A stretch of 64,000 nucleotides of DNA from Thermodesulfobacteriota bacterium (GCA_965216785.1 OZ244197.1:1056001-1120000); one strand, 5' to 3'; counted from the first letter of the stretch, positions 1-9,082 are shown. Notes: generated from the letters alone by a model not told the origin. A program made the numbers and translations.

Positions 1-574
1 CCGGCGTTATGACCAATATTCCTTCTTTGTCATCTAAGTCGGCCTCCGGTATATCGTTGCCATCGTTAGAGACAATGCTGCTCAAGTCGTACACGTGCGT
101 GTCATTGGCTGTATATCTGTCGCAGAAGTCCCGTATCTCTACGCAGTCTTCGTTAAGAATCTGGATGTGCACGTTTAACACTCCTCCGGGGGTTAGCATC
201 CCTGAGTTATCGGAAGAGTTCGTGACCTGGATCTTAGTGTTTCTACCCTCTGTGCGGGTCCACCATGTTATTAGCTGTGTCCCTATTTCGTTTGAGGGCG
301 AAGAGGTGGCTATTGAGGATGTGCCTCCTCTTGTATGCATCCAGTCCAGACCTCCCGTGAAGCTTGTGGGTGTGCGCTCGAAAACGCCTATCATCGCAGC
401 CGAGAAATTAGGGGTAGTCGGAGTGATGTCGAGATTTAACATCCCATCTGTATAGGGTACGCCCGAGCAGAAGAGGTTATTGTCACCTACCTGAGCATTC
501 GCGCGTATAGTTGTTACGCATATGAACACCAGTAGTAAAACCGTCATGAAAAAACGTCCGGATAAAATGTTCAT
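1..574 (-). CDS. Secreted hypothetical protein, partial (runs off window start); paralog of 652..1644
   Basis: Not in the ORF track. My translation from ATG at 574 (GGAGG SD at 586-582) is open to the window edge: MNILSGRFFMTVLLLVFICVTTIRANA (signal peptide)...QLITWWTRTEGRNTKIQVTN...LNVHIQILNEDCVEIRDFCDRYTANDTHVYDLSSIVSND, which matches motifs in the neighbouring ORF. Confidence 0.85.
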   Translation of the reverse strand, partial: MNILSGRFFMTVLLLVFICVTTIRANAQVGDNNLFCSGVPYTDGMLNLDITPTTPNFSAAMIGVFERTPTSFTGGLDWMHTRGGTSSIATSSPSNEIGTQLITWWTRTEGRNTKIQVTNSSDNSGMLTPGGVLNVHIQILNEDCVEIRDFCDRYTANDTHVYDLSSIVSNDGNDIPEADLDDKEGILVITP

Positions 575-651
575 TGCCGGTCCTCCCTCTTTAAATACTT
601 TCTTCAAACCTCTTGTCGTCTCTGATGCTTTCTTTTTTATTTGTCCTTTTC

Positions 652-1644
652 TCATGGCGTAGTACCTCCTTCCCACCAGGAGTCAAACGAGCTTGAGCTT
701 GCGCCGTTCGTAAGCCCGATAAACCCCGTGAAATGGGTATTAAACGCGCAGGTACCGTCCGCCTCGCCGACGATTGGGTCGCTGCAGATAAAGTCCTCAA
801 ACGGCATGTATAGATGGCCAGAGTCATTGGTGGCGCTGATCGTACTTGAGAGGCAAGCTTCGTTTGGGTCTCCCTTGGTGTTAGGCAGTGAGAGGTCTAT
901 GGCTATGTTCGCGCTGCCGTCGCTGCAGTTAAATTCCCTGGGAGAGCATGAAGACGGGGTCTCGTTTTCATCATAGATTATTATCTGATCCGGGGTGGTC
1001 GCTCCCCCGAAGACTGAACGAACGCCGGGGCTTGCGTAGACGGTGTCGTGGGTAATCTCCGCATAGGTGAATCCTATGAGCTCTGAGAAACTGCTGCCGT
1101 TAGCGCTGCTGAAATTGATAATGCCTGCCGCGCTCGAGTCGGTCGATGTCGACTCGGGAGCCGCGGCGTTTGCCCTGTACTCATAGCCAGCGTCGTCGAT
1201 AATCCGCATCGTCCCGGTAAGCGAGTTCGAGGGGCCCGACGACAGCGAAATCACCACAAACCCGTAGAGGTCAGGATCTAAAGTAATTCCGAAAGCAGCA
1301 TCGTTCAGGACGATATTAGACATATCGTACGTGTGAACGTCTACAGCCGTGTAGGTGTCGAAAAAATCAATTTCTTCGCAGCTGACTATTGTAGAATTAA
1401 CCGTAAATATCTGAACGTGGACGGTTAACGGGGTGAACGTCAGATTTGCGAGCTGGATATAGCTCTTTCTCGCCCTTGTGTCGAAATAATACACCAGTCT
1501 GTCAGCCCCCCCGTCGGTCAGCTGTATCGGACCCGGGGACCCCGCACCGGCCGCTGGCACCAGTGTGCAAAAAAGAATTAAAACGGGAAAGAAATACTTA
1601 CATAGCAAACGCTTAGAATATACTAAGTGTGTATGCTCCATCAT
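652..1644 (-). CDS. Secreted hypothetical protein (Ser/Thr/Asp-rich, several Cys)
   Basis: 330-aa ORF, GGAGG SD, signal peptide ending ...VPAAGA, beta-rich composition; no family recognised. Confidence 0.85.
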   Translation of the reverse strand: MMEHTHLVYSKRLLCKYFFPVLILFCTLVPAAGAGSPGPIQLTDGGADRLVYYFDTRARKSYIQLANLTFTPLTVHVQIFTVNSTIVSCEEIDFFDTYTAVDVHTYDMSNIVLNDAAFGITLDPDLYGFVVISLSSGPSNSLTGTMRIIDDAGYEYRANAAAPESTSTDSSAAGIINFSSANGSSFSELIGFTYAEITHDTVYASPGVRSVFGGATTPDQIIIYDENETPSSCSPREFNCSDGSANIAIDLSLPNTKGDPNEACLSSTISATNDSGHLYMPFEDFICSDPIVGEADGTCAFNTHFTGFIGLTNGASSSSFDSWWEGGTTP

Positions 1645-2159
1645 ACGCCTCCATTAATAATAGATTTTTACAAAGCCGCTAACTTTGACGTTTATGCTCA
1701 AAGAAAAAAACAGCCATGACTTAAACTGCAAATTTCAAATCTATTAGTTCGGCGGTCTAATGAACGTAATTATTCATTACCCGGAGAGGCAGTGGTGCGT
1801 ATTCCTTTAATGGAGTGTGTGCCTTAGCTTCTCTGTATAAAACCCTGCTGTGCCTTTGCTGAACTGATATGTTACTTATACGCGATCTTAAATTATAAGA
1901 CCCGTTGACCCATCATTCCTCTCCCCCCAAAGGGGATATCCCGATTATATCTTATTCTTTTTTTTAGAACAAGTGTTTTAAAATTACTATATGAGATTTA
2001 ATTATTGTATATAGACAATATGTCGTTGATCTCAGTTTATCCGCTTAGAATGCCGGAGCTCTGAAGCATTGCAATCCCTTTATTGCGCATGACTTAACAT
2101 GTATTCTATGTTGCTAAGTAATCAAACTGAGAACTGTGATAATTAAGGAGAGTGAGCGA

Positions 2160-2714
2160 ATGACAAATCCTAGCCCGTCCGAGTTTAGCGCCGGTAGTAC
2201 AGATCAAGAAAGCGCGCTTGCCAAGCGCATACGCGTTGACGAGGCGCTTTTTCTGAGCCTGATCGCGCTATCGACCATAGGTATAGGGATTACCAATTTC
2301 TGGCCTGTAGAGAGTTTTTGGTTCTGGGCCGCCATGGTGCCGGTGTTCGGCTTAACGAGCATTTACCTGGGCTGGTCAAAAGCCCGGCAAAGGGGCGAGG
2401 GAGTAGCCAGGATCATACGCATCCAGGTGCTTCACTGGATCGGCTTATTAGCGGCGCTAATTCTTATTTATTACCTGTTCAAGCCCACGGGGCGGATAGA
2501 TTACAACCAGCTCGCTCTTATCACGCTCCTGGCGCTCGCGCTAACCACGTTCCTTGCCGGGGTGCATTTTGACTGGCGCTTCATGGTGGTGGGGGTTATT
2601 CTCGGGTTTGCTGTCGCCGGGGCCGCGTTCCTGGAGCAGTTCATATGGGTGATCATCATCCCCGTCGTAGCGGCGATAGGGCTTATAGTCTTTTGGTGGC
2701 AGAGAAAGCTGTAG
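2160..2714 (+). CDS. Integral membrane hypothetical protein (about 6 TM)
   Basis: Hydrophobic segments throughout; ATG 2160 follows an AAGGAG SD (track start 2136). Confidence 0.8.
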   Translation: MTNPSPSEFSAGSTDQESALAKRIRVDEALFLSLIALSTIGIGITNFWPVESFWFWAAMVPVFGLTSIYLGWSKARQRGEGVARIIRIQVLHWIGLLAALILIYYLFKPTGRIDYNQLALITLLALALTTFLAGVHFDWRFMVVGVILGFAVAGAAFLEQFIWVIIIPVVAAIGLIVFWWQRKL

Positions 2715-2969
2715 AGCGTCTGCAAGTGCGTAGCCGTTATCGTTTACTCTCCTGAGCGCTTCGCTGCTTAAACACTATAAATTATATAATACATCGGTAG
2801 ACTATCCGGGGTTTCATTATACAATTACCTGTCAATTATGTTCCTGATTGTTGCTATTAGTTAACCAGTTTGGTGTGAAATGAATCGATGGTTATGTGTC
2901 TAGGTCCTGCCGCCGAATTTTTAAAGTAACTACAGTGATTGTTAGATCTAATTTTAAGGTGTATATAAC

Positions 2970-4955
2970 ATGGGAATTGAGCTTCTGACCGATATTTTAA
3001 TCATATTTAGTATTTCCGTAGTCGTGCTTTACATTTGTCATCGTCTTAGCATTCCTACAATCGTCGGATTCCTCATAAGCGGTATATTAGCCGGGCCTCA
3101 CGGGCTAGGGTTGATCGGTGCGGTTCATGAAGTTGAGCTTTTAGCGGAAGTCGGCGTTGTGTTACTGCTTTTTACTATCGGGATTGAACTATCTTTCGCA
3201 AAGTTACTGAAAATTAGAAAAACAGTCCTTGTGGGCGGCGCTATACAGGTGTCCCTGACCATATTGGCCACATTTTTAGTAGCTAAGCAACTTGGGTATG
3301 GTCTTGGCGAGGCTATATTTTTAGGGTTTCTTATCTCTCTTAGCAGTACCGCGATCGTACTAAAGCTGATCCAGGAGAGATCGGAAGTCGATACCCCCTA
3401 TGGACGCGCAACACTTGGTATTTTGATATTCCAGGATGTAATTATTGTCGCAATGATATTGGCTACACCCCTTCTTTCCATAGCAAGGCTAAGCCTTGAC
3501 GGGTCTGTAATGCTTGCCTTATTAAAAGGAATCGGGGTAATTCTGCTAGTGATCGTAGCCGCTAGGTGGATTGTGCCCCGGGTTTTGTATCAGATTGCCA
3601 AGACCAGAAACAGAGAAGTCTTTTTGTTAAGTATTTTTGTAATATGCCTCGCCGTTGCCTGGGCAACTTCCAGTGTGGGGTTTTCCCTTTCAATAGGCGC
3701 GTTTTTAGCGGGCTTAATTATTTCGGAGTCAGAGTATGGTCATGAAGCTCTGAGTAACGTGCTCCCATTTCGCGATATCTTCACAAGCTTCTTTTTTATC
3801 TCCATCGGTATGCTGCTCAATATCGGTTTCCTTTTCGAGCAAACAGTGCTCGTCGTGCTGATCGCTTTTGGGGTTCTATTTGCCAAGTCCGTCATTGCGG
3901 GTTTGGCGGCGGTTTTGCTGGGACTCCCCCTGCGCACATCGCTCTTAGTCGGTCTTGCGCTTTGTCAGGTGGGAGAATTTTCGTTTATTTTATCCGAGAC
4001 CGGTATCGAAAACGGATTACTTGATGAAAGTTCATATCAAATGTTTCTTGCGGTATCCGTGCTTACAATGCTGGTAACGCCGTTTATCATCATTTTAGCT
4101 CCCCGCTTTGCGGATTCAATTTTACGGCTGCCAATTCCCGGCAAGTTAAGATCGGGTTTCTATCCGTTAACCGAAGTCAATTTTCAAACTAAGAAAGACC
4201 ATCTTATAATCATAGGCTATGGATTGAACGGCAGAAATATCGCGCGAGCGGCCAGGGCAGCCGGCATTCCCTATGTAATTATTGAGATGAATCCCGACAC
4301 AGTAAAAAGCGAGCAGGCAAAAGGTGAGCCGATTTACTATGGCGACGCGACTAGGGAGACAATACTTGAGCATGCCAACATCAAGGATGCGAGGATTGTC
4401 GTGTCCGTAGTTAACGACCCTGCTTCAAACCGAAGGATTGTCGAATTATCCAGAAGACTTAATCCGGAAGGTTATGTTGTCTCGAGAACTAGATATGTTA
4501 ACGAGGTGAAACCACTTTATGAAATAGGTGCGGACGAAGTCGTCCCTGAAGAGTTTGAGACGTCTATCGAGATTTTCACGCGGGTTTTGGAAAAGTATCT
4601 TATACCTAAGGGTAATATTGAGGGGCTTATAGCCGAGGTGCGCTCGGATGGGTATAAGATGTTCAGAAATGCTTCCGCGGACGTGTTATCAGCTCCGGAT
4701 TTGAAGATTCAGCTTCCCGATATAAAAATTAGTACGTTATCGGTTGCCGAAAATTCCCCTTTAGTGGGGAAAAGTTTGGCTGAAATGAGGTTAAGGCAAA
4801 GATACGGCATCTTGGTTTTGGCGATACGTCGAAACTCGGAAATCATATCCAACCCGGACAGCAATATGGAGTTTTTAGCCGGGGACGACCTATTTGTGCT
4901 GGGAGCGCCGGATAAGATAGCGGAAATTGACAGTTTAGTACTAAATCCCGAATAG
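2970..4955 (+). CDS. CPA2 family cation:proton antiporter (Kef/YbaL-like) with TrkA-N and TrkA-C domains
   Basis: N-terminal exchanger TMs (LAEVGVVLLLFTIGIE, SLSSTAIV, GILIFQD), Rossmann IIIGYGLNG, YGDAT motif, C-terminal RCK-C (VGKSLAEMRLRQRYGILVLAIRR). Confidence 0.93.
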   Translation: MGIELLTDILIIFSISVVVLYICHRLSIPTIVGFLISGILAGPHGLGLIGAVHEVELLAEVGVVLLLFTIGIELSFAKLLKIRKTVLVGGAIQVSLTILATFLVAKQLGYGLGEAIFLGFLISLSSTAIVLKLIQERSEVDTPYGRATLGILIFQDVIIVAMILATPLLSIARLSLDGSVMLALLKGIGVILLVIVAARWIVPRVLYQIAKTRNREVFLLSIFVICLAVAWATSSVGFSLSIGAFLAGLIISESEYGHEALSNVLPFRDIFTSFFFISIGMLLNIGFLFEQTVLVVLIAFGVLFAKSVIAGLAAVLLGLPLRTSLLVGLALCQVGEFSFILSETGIENGLLDESSYQMFLAVSVLTMLVTPFIIILAPRFADSILRLPIPGKLRSGFYPLTEVNFQTKKDHLIIIGYGLNGRNIARAARAAGIPYVIIEMNPDTVKSEQAKGEPIYYGDATRETILEHANIKDARIVVSVVNDPASNRRIVELSRRLNPEGYVVSRTRYVNEVKPLYEIGADEVVPEEFETSIEIFTRVLEKYLIPKGNIEGLIAEVRSDGYKMFRNASADVLSAPDLKIQLPDIKISTLSVAENSPLVGKSLAEMRLRQRYGILVLAIRRNSEIISNPDSNMEFLAGDDLFVLGAPDKIAEIDSLVLNPE

Positions 4956-5057
4956 GGCGGGGGCTGTTATATTAAAACTTGCTCCGCTATTACTAAGGCT
5001 TAAGTGATTGTTGATTATATCGCCGGCAGCCAAGTTTTATAAAAAAGGAAGTCCCTG

Positions 5058-6281
5058 TTAATAAGTAAATCCCCAAACGCTCTGTATTATCAAAAAGCAC
5101 AGGCACAACAGGAACCCGGTTACGGGGATTGCTGTCGGGTAGGTCTTTATTCCCTCCGGGTGAGGGTCTTTTTGCTTCAGCCTCCAAAGCGATAGGTTCA
5201 TGAAGGCAAACACCGTAAGGGTGATAAAGCTTGATATCTCGGCGAGGCGGAGCAGAGGGAGCCAAAGAGCGAGCGCCAAAATGAACGCGGTGATGAAACA
5301 CGTGGCTACAAGCGGCGTCCTGGTAAATCTGTTCACGGATGAGAACACGCGCGGGGCCATCGAGCGTTTGCCCATGCCGTAAAGTATACGAGAGCCCATG
5401 ATTATCTGAATCAGCGCGCCGTTTACTACGGCAACAATGCTTACAAGGCTTATCGGCTTTGATGACAGGTTCGATTTGTATTCGTATATGGCGGCAAGCG
5501 GAGCGTCGCTCCCCGAGAGTACGTCAAGGGGGACTGATAGCACCGCCGTGAGGGAGACGAGGAGATAAAGAAGCGTAGAAATACATAGTGCGAATATAAT
5601 TGCTTTTGGCAGGTTTCGCCTTGGCTCCTTGACCTCCTCCGCTACGTTTACAATATCCTCAAACCCGACAAAGGCATAGAACGCGAGAAACGCGCCGAGC
5701 GATACGGAGATCCATGCCTGAGCCTCAAGGGGCGGGATAAATTCAGAGAACCTATCCGGAAGCTGGGTAAAAGAATCACCCGCGACAACGATTACCGAGA
5801 GGAGCCCCACTATCTCGATTAGCGTTATGATAGAGGCGGCGGTGACAGAGGTCGTGATTCCCCACGCCGCTACGATCCCTAAAAAGATGAGCAATGCGGC
5901 GATAGCGGCCCAATCCGGAATGTTGACGAATATCTTGAAATAGCCGACAAAGCCGTTTGCTATTGTCGCGGCGGACACAGAGCCAATCATGACCACCGAC
6001 CAGCCGATCGCGGCGGATATCCAGCGAAGAGAGAACGCCTCTTGCGCATAGGCAGCTTCACCCGCGCTTTGGGGATAGCGTGAGGATAGCTCGGCGTATG
6101 AGAAGGCGGTGAAGCCCGCGATGACAGAGGCCATCAGAAAAGAAAGTGGGGTAAACATTCCTGATTTTCCCGCGACTTCACCTATCAGAACGTATATGCC
6201 GGCGCCGAGGATCGTACCCAGGCCGTAGAGTGTGACCAGCGGTACGGACAGTGTTCGTTTTAAGGATGTTTCTTGTGGAAT
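5058..6281 (-). CDS. APC family amino acid permease
   Basis: FSYAELSSRYP.SAGEAAY, AFVGFEDIVNVAEEVKEP and SRILYGM motifs. The frame extends upstream of the track ATG (6158) through LKRTLS...YGLGTILGAGIYVLIG (TM1); the start is placed tentatively at ATT 6281. Confidence 0.9.
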   Translation of the reverse strand: MPQETSLKRTLSVPLVTLYGLGTILGAGIYVLIGEVAGKSGMFTPLSFLMASVIAGFTAFSYAELSSRYPQSAGEAAYAQEAFSLRWISAAIGWSVVMIGSVSAATIANGFVGYFKIFVNIPDWAAIAALLIFLGIVAAWGITTSVTAASIITLIEIVGLLSVIVVAGDSFTQLPDRFSEFIPPLEAQAWISVSLGAFLAFYAFVGFEDIVNVAEEVKEPRRNLPKAIIFALCISTLLYLLVSLTAVLSVPLDVLSGSDAPLAAIYEYKSNLSSKPISLVSIVAVVNGALIQIIMGSRILYGMGKRSMAPRVFSSVNRFTRTPLVATCFITAFILALALWLPLLRLAEISSFITLTVFAFMNLSLWRLKQKDPHPEGIKTYPTAIPVTGFLLCLCFLIIQSVWGFTY

Positions 6282-6395
6282 ATTTACGCACCTCTACTTA
6301 TTTATAGACTACTTAATATACTGGTAATAAATAACAGCTAAGATTCTATTTGACTAACTTTAGCAATAAGCACAGAAATTTAATACAATATTATA

Positions 6396-7295
6396 GTGAT
6401 TAGAAAAGATAAACAGCACATCGTCTTTAGAGCCAGCGACGGTTTTGAGATAGACGGTCTCTTGCTTCCTCGGGATGCTGACTCTGAAGAAGAGATATTA
6501 GAAACTCCCATAGTCTTAATTATCCACGGAGAGCTGGGTCATTTTCTCTCACAAGGCACTCCGAGACTTTTGCCTGATTACTTGTATGATAAGGGTATAA
6601 GCTCTTTCGCAATTAATACCAGAATGGCTAATATCGGACAGAAGACTGGTGGGGCTATATTCGATGATGCGATAATGGATATAGAGGCTGCTGTCGAAAT
6701 ACTTAAAGAGGCAGGTTTTCATCGAATATATTTATTGGGTTACAGCCTTGGATCAAATTTAGCTGTTTACTATACTTCTCAATCTCCAGATCCTAATGTT
6801 AAAGGAATAATTCTGGAAGGCTGTACATACTCGCTTCCTGAATCACACAAAAAACGCCTGATGAAATGGGAGAGCGTCCCTTCATATGATGAGATATATG
6901 AGAAAGCAAAGGAGATTTTAAAGCCGGACCCGTATACAAGCTTAAACGATACTCTTTTAGTGGTTTCCCGTGCTTGGGGACCCACATTTAAACCTACGCA
7001 TTTTGGAATATATACCTATAGAACATGGTGGTTTATGAAAGGTCCGGAAGCTACAAAAACCAGAGCATACAAACTAATCTCAAAAGTTAAAGTGCCGATT
7101 CTTTTTCTACGCGGTGAGAATGACCGAATTGTTGAAGACCGGGAAACTACCGAATTAGCGAGCATAGCTCGTGAGGCTGGAAATTCTGATGTAACTATAA
7201 AGTACATTCCGGATGCACGCCACGACTGTATGGAGAATCCCGGTAAAACTATAGAGACAATAACCACCTGGATATCTTTAGTTGATTCGCTGTAA
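6396..7295 (+). CDS. Alpha/beta-fold hydrolase
   Basis: VLIIHG strand, GYSLG nucleophile elbow, GEND acid, DARH histidine. Confidence 0.88.
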   Translation: MIRKDKQHIVFRASDGFEIDGLLLPRDADSEEEILETPIVLIIHGELGHFLSQGTPRLLPDYLYDKGISSFAINTRMANIGQKTGGAIFDDAIMDIEAAVEILKEAGFHRIYLLGYSLGSNLAVYYTSQSPDPNVKGIILEGCTYSLPESHKKRLMKWESVPSYDEIYEKAKEILKPDPYTSLNDTLLVVSRAWGPTFKPTHFGIYTYRTWWFMKGPEATKTRAYKLISKVKVPILFLRGENDRIVEDRETTELASIAREAGNSDVTIKYIPDARHDCMENPGKTIETITTWISLVDSL

Positions 7296-7341
7296 AAATC
7301 TTATGGCAATATTCCGCTGTTAAACTAGATAGATTTACAGG

Positions 7342-7376
7342 GAAACAAAAAGGGAGCCGAAGCCCCTTTTTGTTTC
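7342..7376. terminator. Bidirectional intrinsic terminator
   Basis: GAAACAAAAAGGGAGC-CGAA-GCCCCTTTTTGTTTC between the convergent hydrolase gene and the IPTL relic. Confidence 0.8.
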
Positions 7377-7395
7377 ATAAGTGTAATTGGTCACA

Positions 7396-7581
7396 TTAAG
7401 ATGTGTATTTCCTTCTTCTCATTACGAGTAAACCGATTATCCCGAGTACTCCGGCCATAGCTATCAGACCCCACTCAGACAGTGCGGGGATGGGGCGCGC
7501 CACGATTTGGTTTGAAAAAATACAGGTTGCCTGATAGCCTGATAAACACTCAAGCTCTATAAAAGAAAGAAGCGAATCAAA
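7396..7581 (-). pseudogene. Relic 3' end of an IPTL-CTERM sorting-domain gene
   Basis: My translation is FDSLLSFIELECLSGYQATCIFSNQIVARPIPALSEWGLIAMAGVLGIIGLLVMRRRKYTS*. An in-frame TAA lies just upstream and there is no signal peptide. Confidence 0.8.
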
Positions 7582-7650
7582 TTATGCTTTGTTTTAGATG
7601 CTGGTTGACTATAATAAACTCTAAACGCTAAATAAGCTGGAGGATGCGAC

Positions 7651-8277
7651 ATGAAAAAGTATATTGTTGAATTTATCGGGACCTTAATATTTGTACTTAC
7701 CATAGGTTTTGTTGTTTTAGAGCCCGGAGCGGGCGTGATGGCGCCGCTTGCGATCGGATCGGCTTTGATGGTGATGATATATGCCGGAGGGCATATATCG
7801 GGCGGGCATTATAACCCAGCTGTAACAATTGCCGTCTGGCTAAGGGGCAGGTGCGCCGGGTCCGATGTGCCGGGATATATAATTGCCCAGATTGTGGCGG
7901 CGGTAGTGGCCTCGTTCATAGTCCTGTACGTAAAGGGTAACCCGGCGGTAGAGCCTATGACGCTAAATCTGGCCCCGGCGCTGTTAGTGGAGTTTCTCTT
8001 CACGTTCGCACTTTGTTATGTGGTTTTAAATACGGCTACTTCAAAGAATACTGAGGGTAATTCATATTACGGGCTTGCTATAGGGTTTATTGTTGTTGCC
8101 GGCGCCTATGCCGTGGGTCCTGTGTCAGGCGCTGCGTTCAATCCTGCCGTGGCTGTGGGTATATCCGTTATGGGACTTTCGGTCGTAAGTAATATCTGGG
8201 TATATTTCGCGGCAAATTTCGTTGGGGGAGCTATAGCGGCGCTGGTATTCAACGCCCTGAACCCTGACGACAAGTAA
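7651..8277 (+). CDS. MIP family channel (aquaporin)
   Basis: ISGGHYNPAV and GAAFNPAV NPA boxes, VEFIGT in TM1, GGAGG SD. Confidence 0.95.
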   Translation: MKKYIVEFIGTLIFVLTIGFVVLEPGAGVMAPLAIGSALMVMIYAGGHISGGHYNPAVTIAVWLRGRCAGSDVPGYIIAQIVAAVVASFIVLYVKGNPAVEPMTLNLAPALLVEFLFTFALCYVVLNTATSKNTEGNSYYGLAIGFIVVAGAYAVGPVSGAAFNPAVAVGISVMGLSVVSNIWVYFAANFVGGAIAALVFNALNPDDK

Positions 8278-8285
8278 TTTTGATA

Positions 8286-8318
8286 AACTATGCGTCAATA
8301 CGACGCATAGTTTTTTTT
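8286..8318 (+). terminator. Intrinsic terminator of the aquaporin gene
   Basis: AAACTATGCGTC-AATAC-GACGCATAGTTT followed by a T-run. Confidence 0.8.
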
Positions 8319-8342
8319 GCAGCACAGATAGATTCTCGGGCA

Positions 8343-8378
8343 AATAAAAAAAGGGAGCCGAAGCTCCCTTTTTTTATT
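8343..8378. terminator. Intrinsic terminator (serves the IPTL-CTERM gene)
   Basis: AATAAAAAAAGGGAGC-CGAA-GCTCCCTTTTTTTATT, near-identical to 7342..7376. Confidence 0.85.
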
Positions 8379-8401
8379 CTTTTAAATTGTGAGTTTAAGA
8401 G

Positions 8402-8926
8402 TTACGCTTCCGCTTTCTTTCTGGTTATTCCCCAAATGCCTACCAGTACTAAAATTCCCGCCATTGCTATGAATCCCCACTGCGAAAGAGTAGGTATGGG
8501 GCGGGGGCCCGAATTGGAAAAAGTACAGCTGCCTACACCGTCATCGACGCATGTTATAGCAACTCTTTGTTCGTTTACGAACTCGGTCAGAAAGAGACAT
8601 GGGCCACCACCGCAGTCATCTTCTTCTACCGTACATTCTATACTGCCCAGTTCCCATCCGGGAGGAACTAACTCCGTTAAACTTACCTCATTACCGTTTT
8701 CTATAAACATCAGCTCTGTATCGTCGCTTGGGTCTGACAATGTAAAGCTGAAATTTTGATCCCCGGTGACTTCGAAAGTGAAAATTGTGTCGTCCGGTGG
8801 TATAGCCGCCTTATTGATTGTTATCGGACAGAACGCGTTTGCCTGGCCGGTGCCGAGCACCAAAAAGCCTGCGCCCATTAACACGGTAAGTATGAATAGA
8901 CTTATCAAATTTCGTGTATATCTCAT
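8402..8926 (-). CDS. IPTL-CTERM sorting domain protein
   Basis: Signal peptide (...GQANA); C-terminal RPIPTLSQWGFIAMAGILVLVGIWGITRKK gives the IPTL motif, TM helix and basic tail. Confidence 0.92.
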   Translation of the reverse strand: MRYTRNLISLFILTVLMGAGFLVLGTGQANAFCPITINKAAIPPDDTIFTFEVTGDQNFSFTLSDPSDDTELMFIENGNEVSLTELVPPGWELGSIECTVEEDDCGGGPCLFLTEFVNEQRVAITCVDDGVGSCTFSNSGPRPIPTLSQWGFIAMAGILVLVGIWGITRKKAEA

Positions 8927-9082
8927 TTTAATCCTCCTTAGTTATCAATGGTAAGGCTAGGAATATACAAACACTATAAACATAAATACGGAGCGATTGC
9001 AACCATTTGTTTGGATTCGATATAAAAGAGGGGGCAAGAGAGTTTGGTAGATCCTGGAAAATCGGCGGCTTTCTATTTAACG

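Noticed and set aside
9-455. 148-aa plus-strand ORF
   Set aside because: Antisense shadow of the minus-strand secreted-protein gene, which has an SD, a signal peptide and paralog motifs.
1780-1830. Loose resemblance to a c-di-GMP-I riboswitch on the minus strand (GGCAC...ACGCA...CCGG)
   Set aside because: No GAAA tetraloop/receptor, and the stems pair poorly on that strand.
8280-8759. 159-aa plus-strand ORF
   Set aside because: Runs through two terminators and is antisense to the IPTL-CTERM gene.
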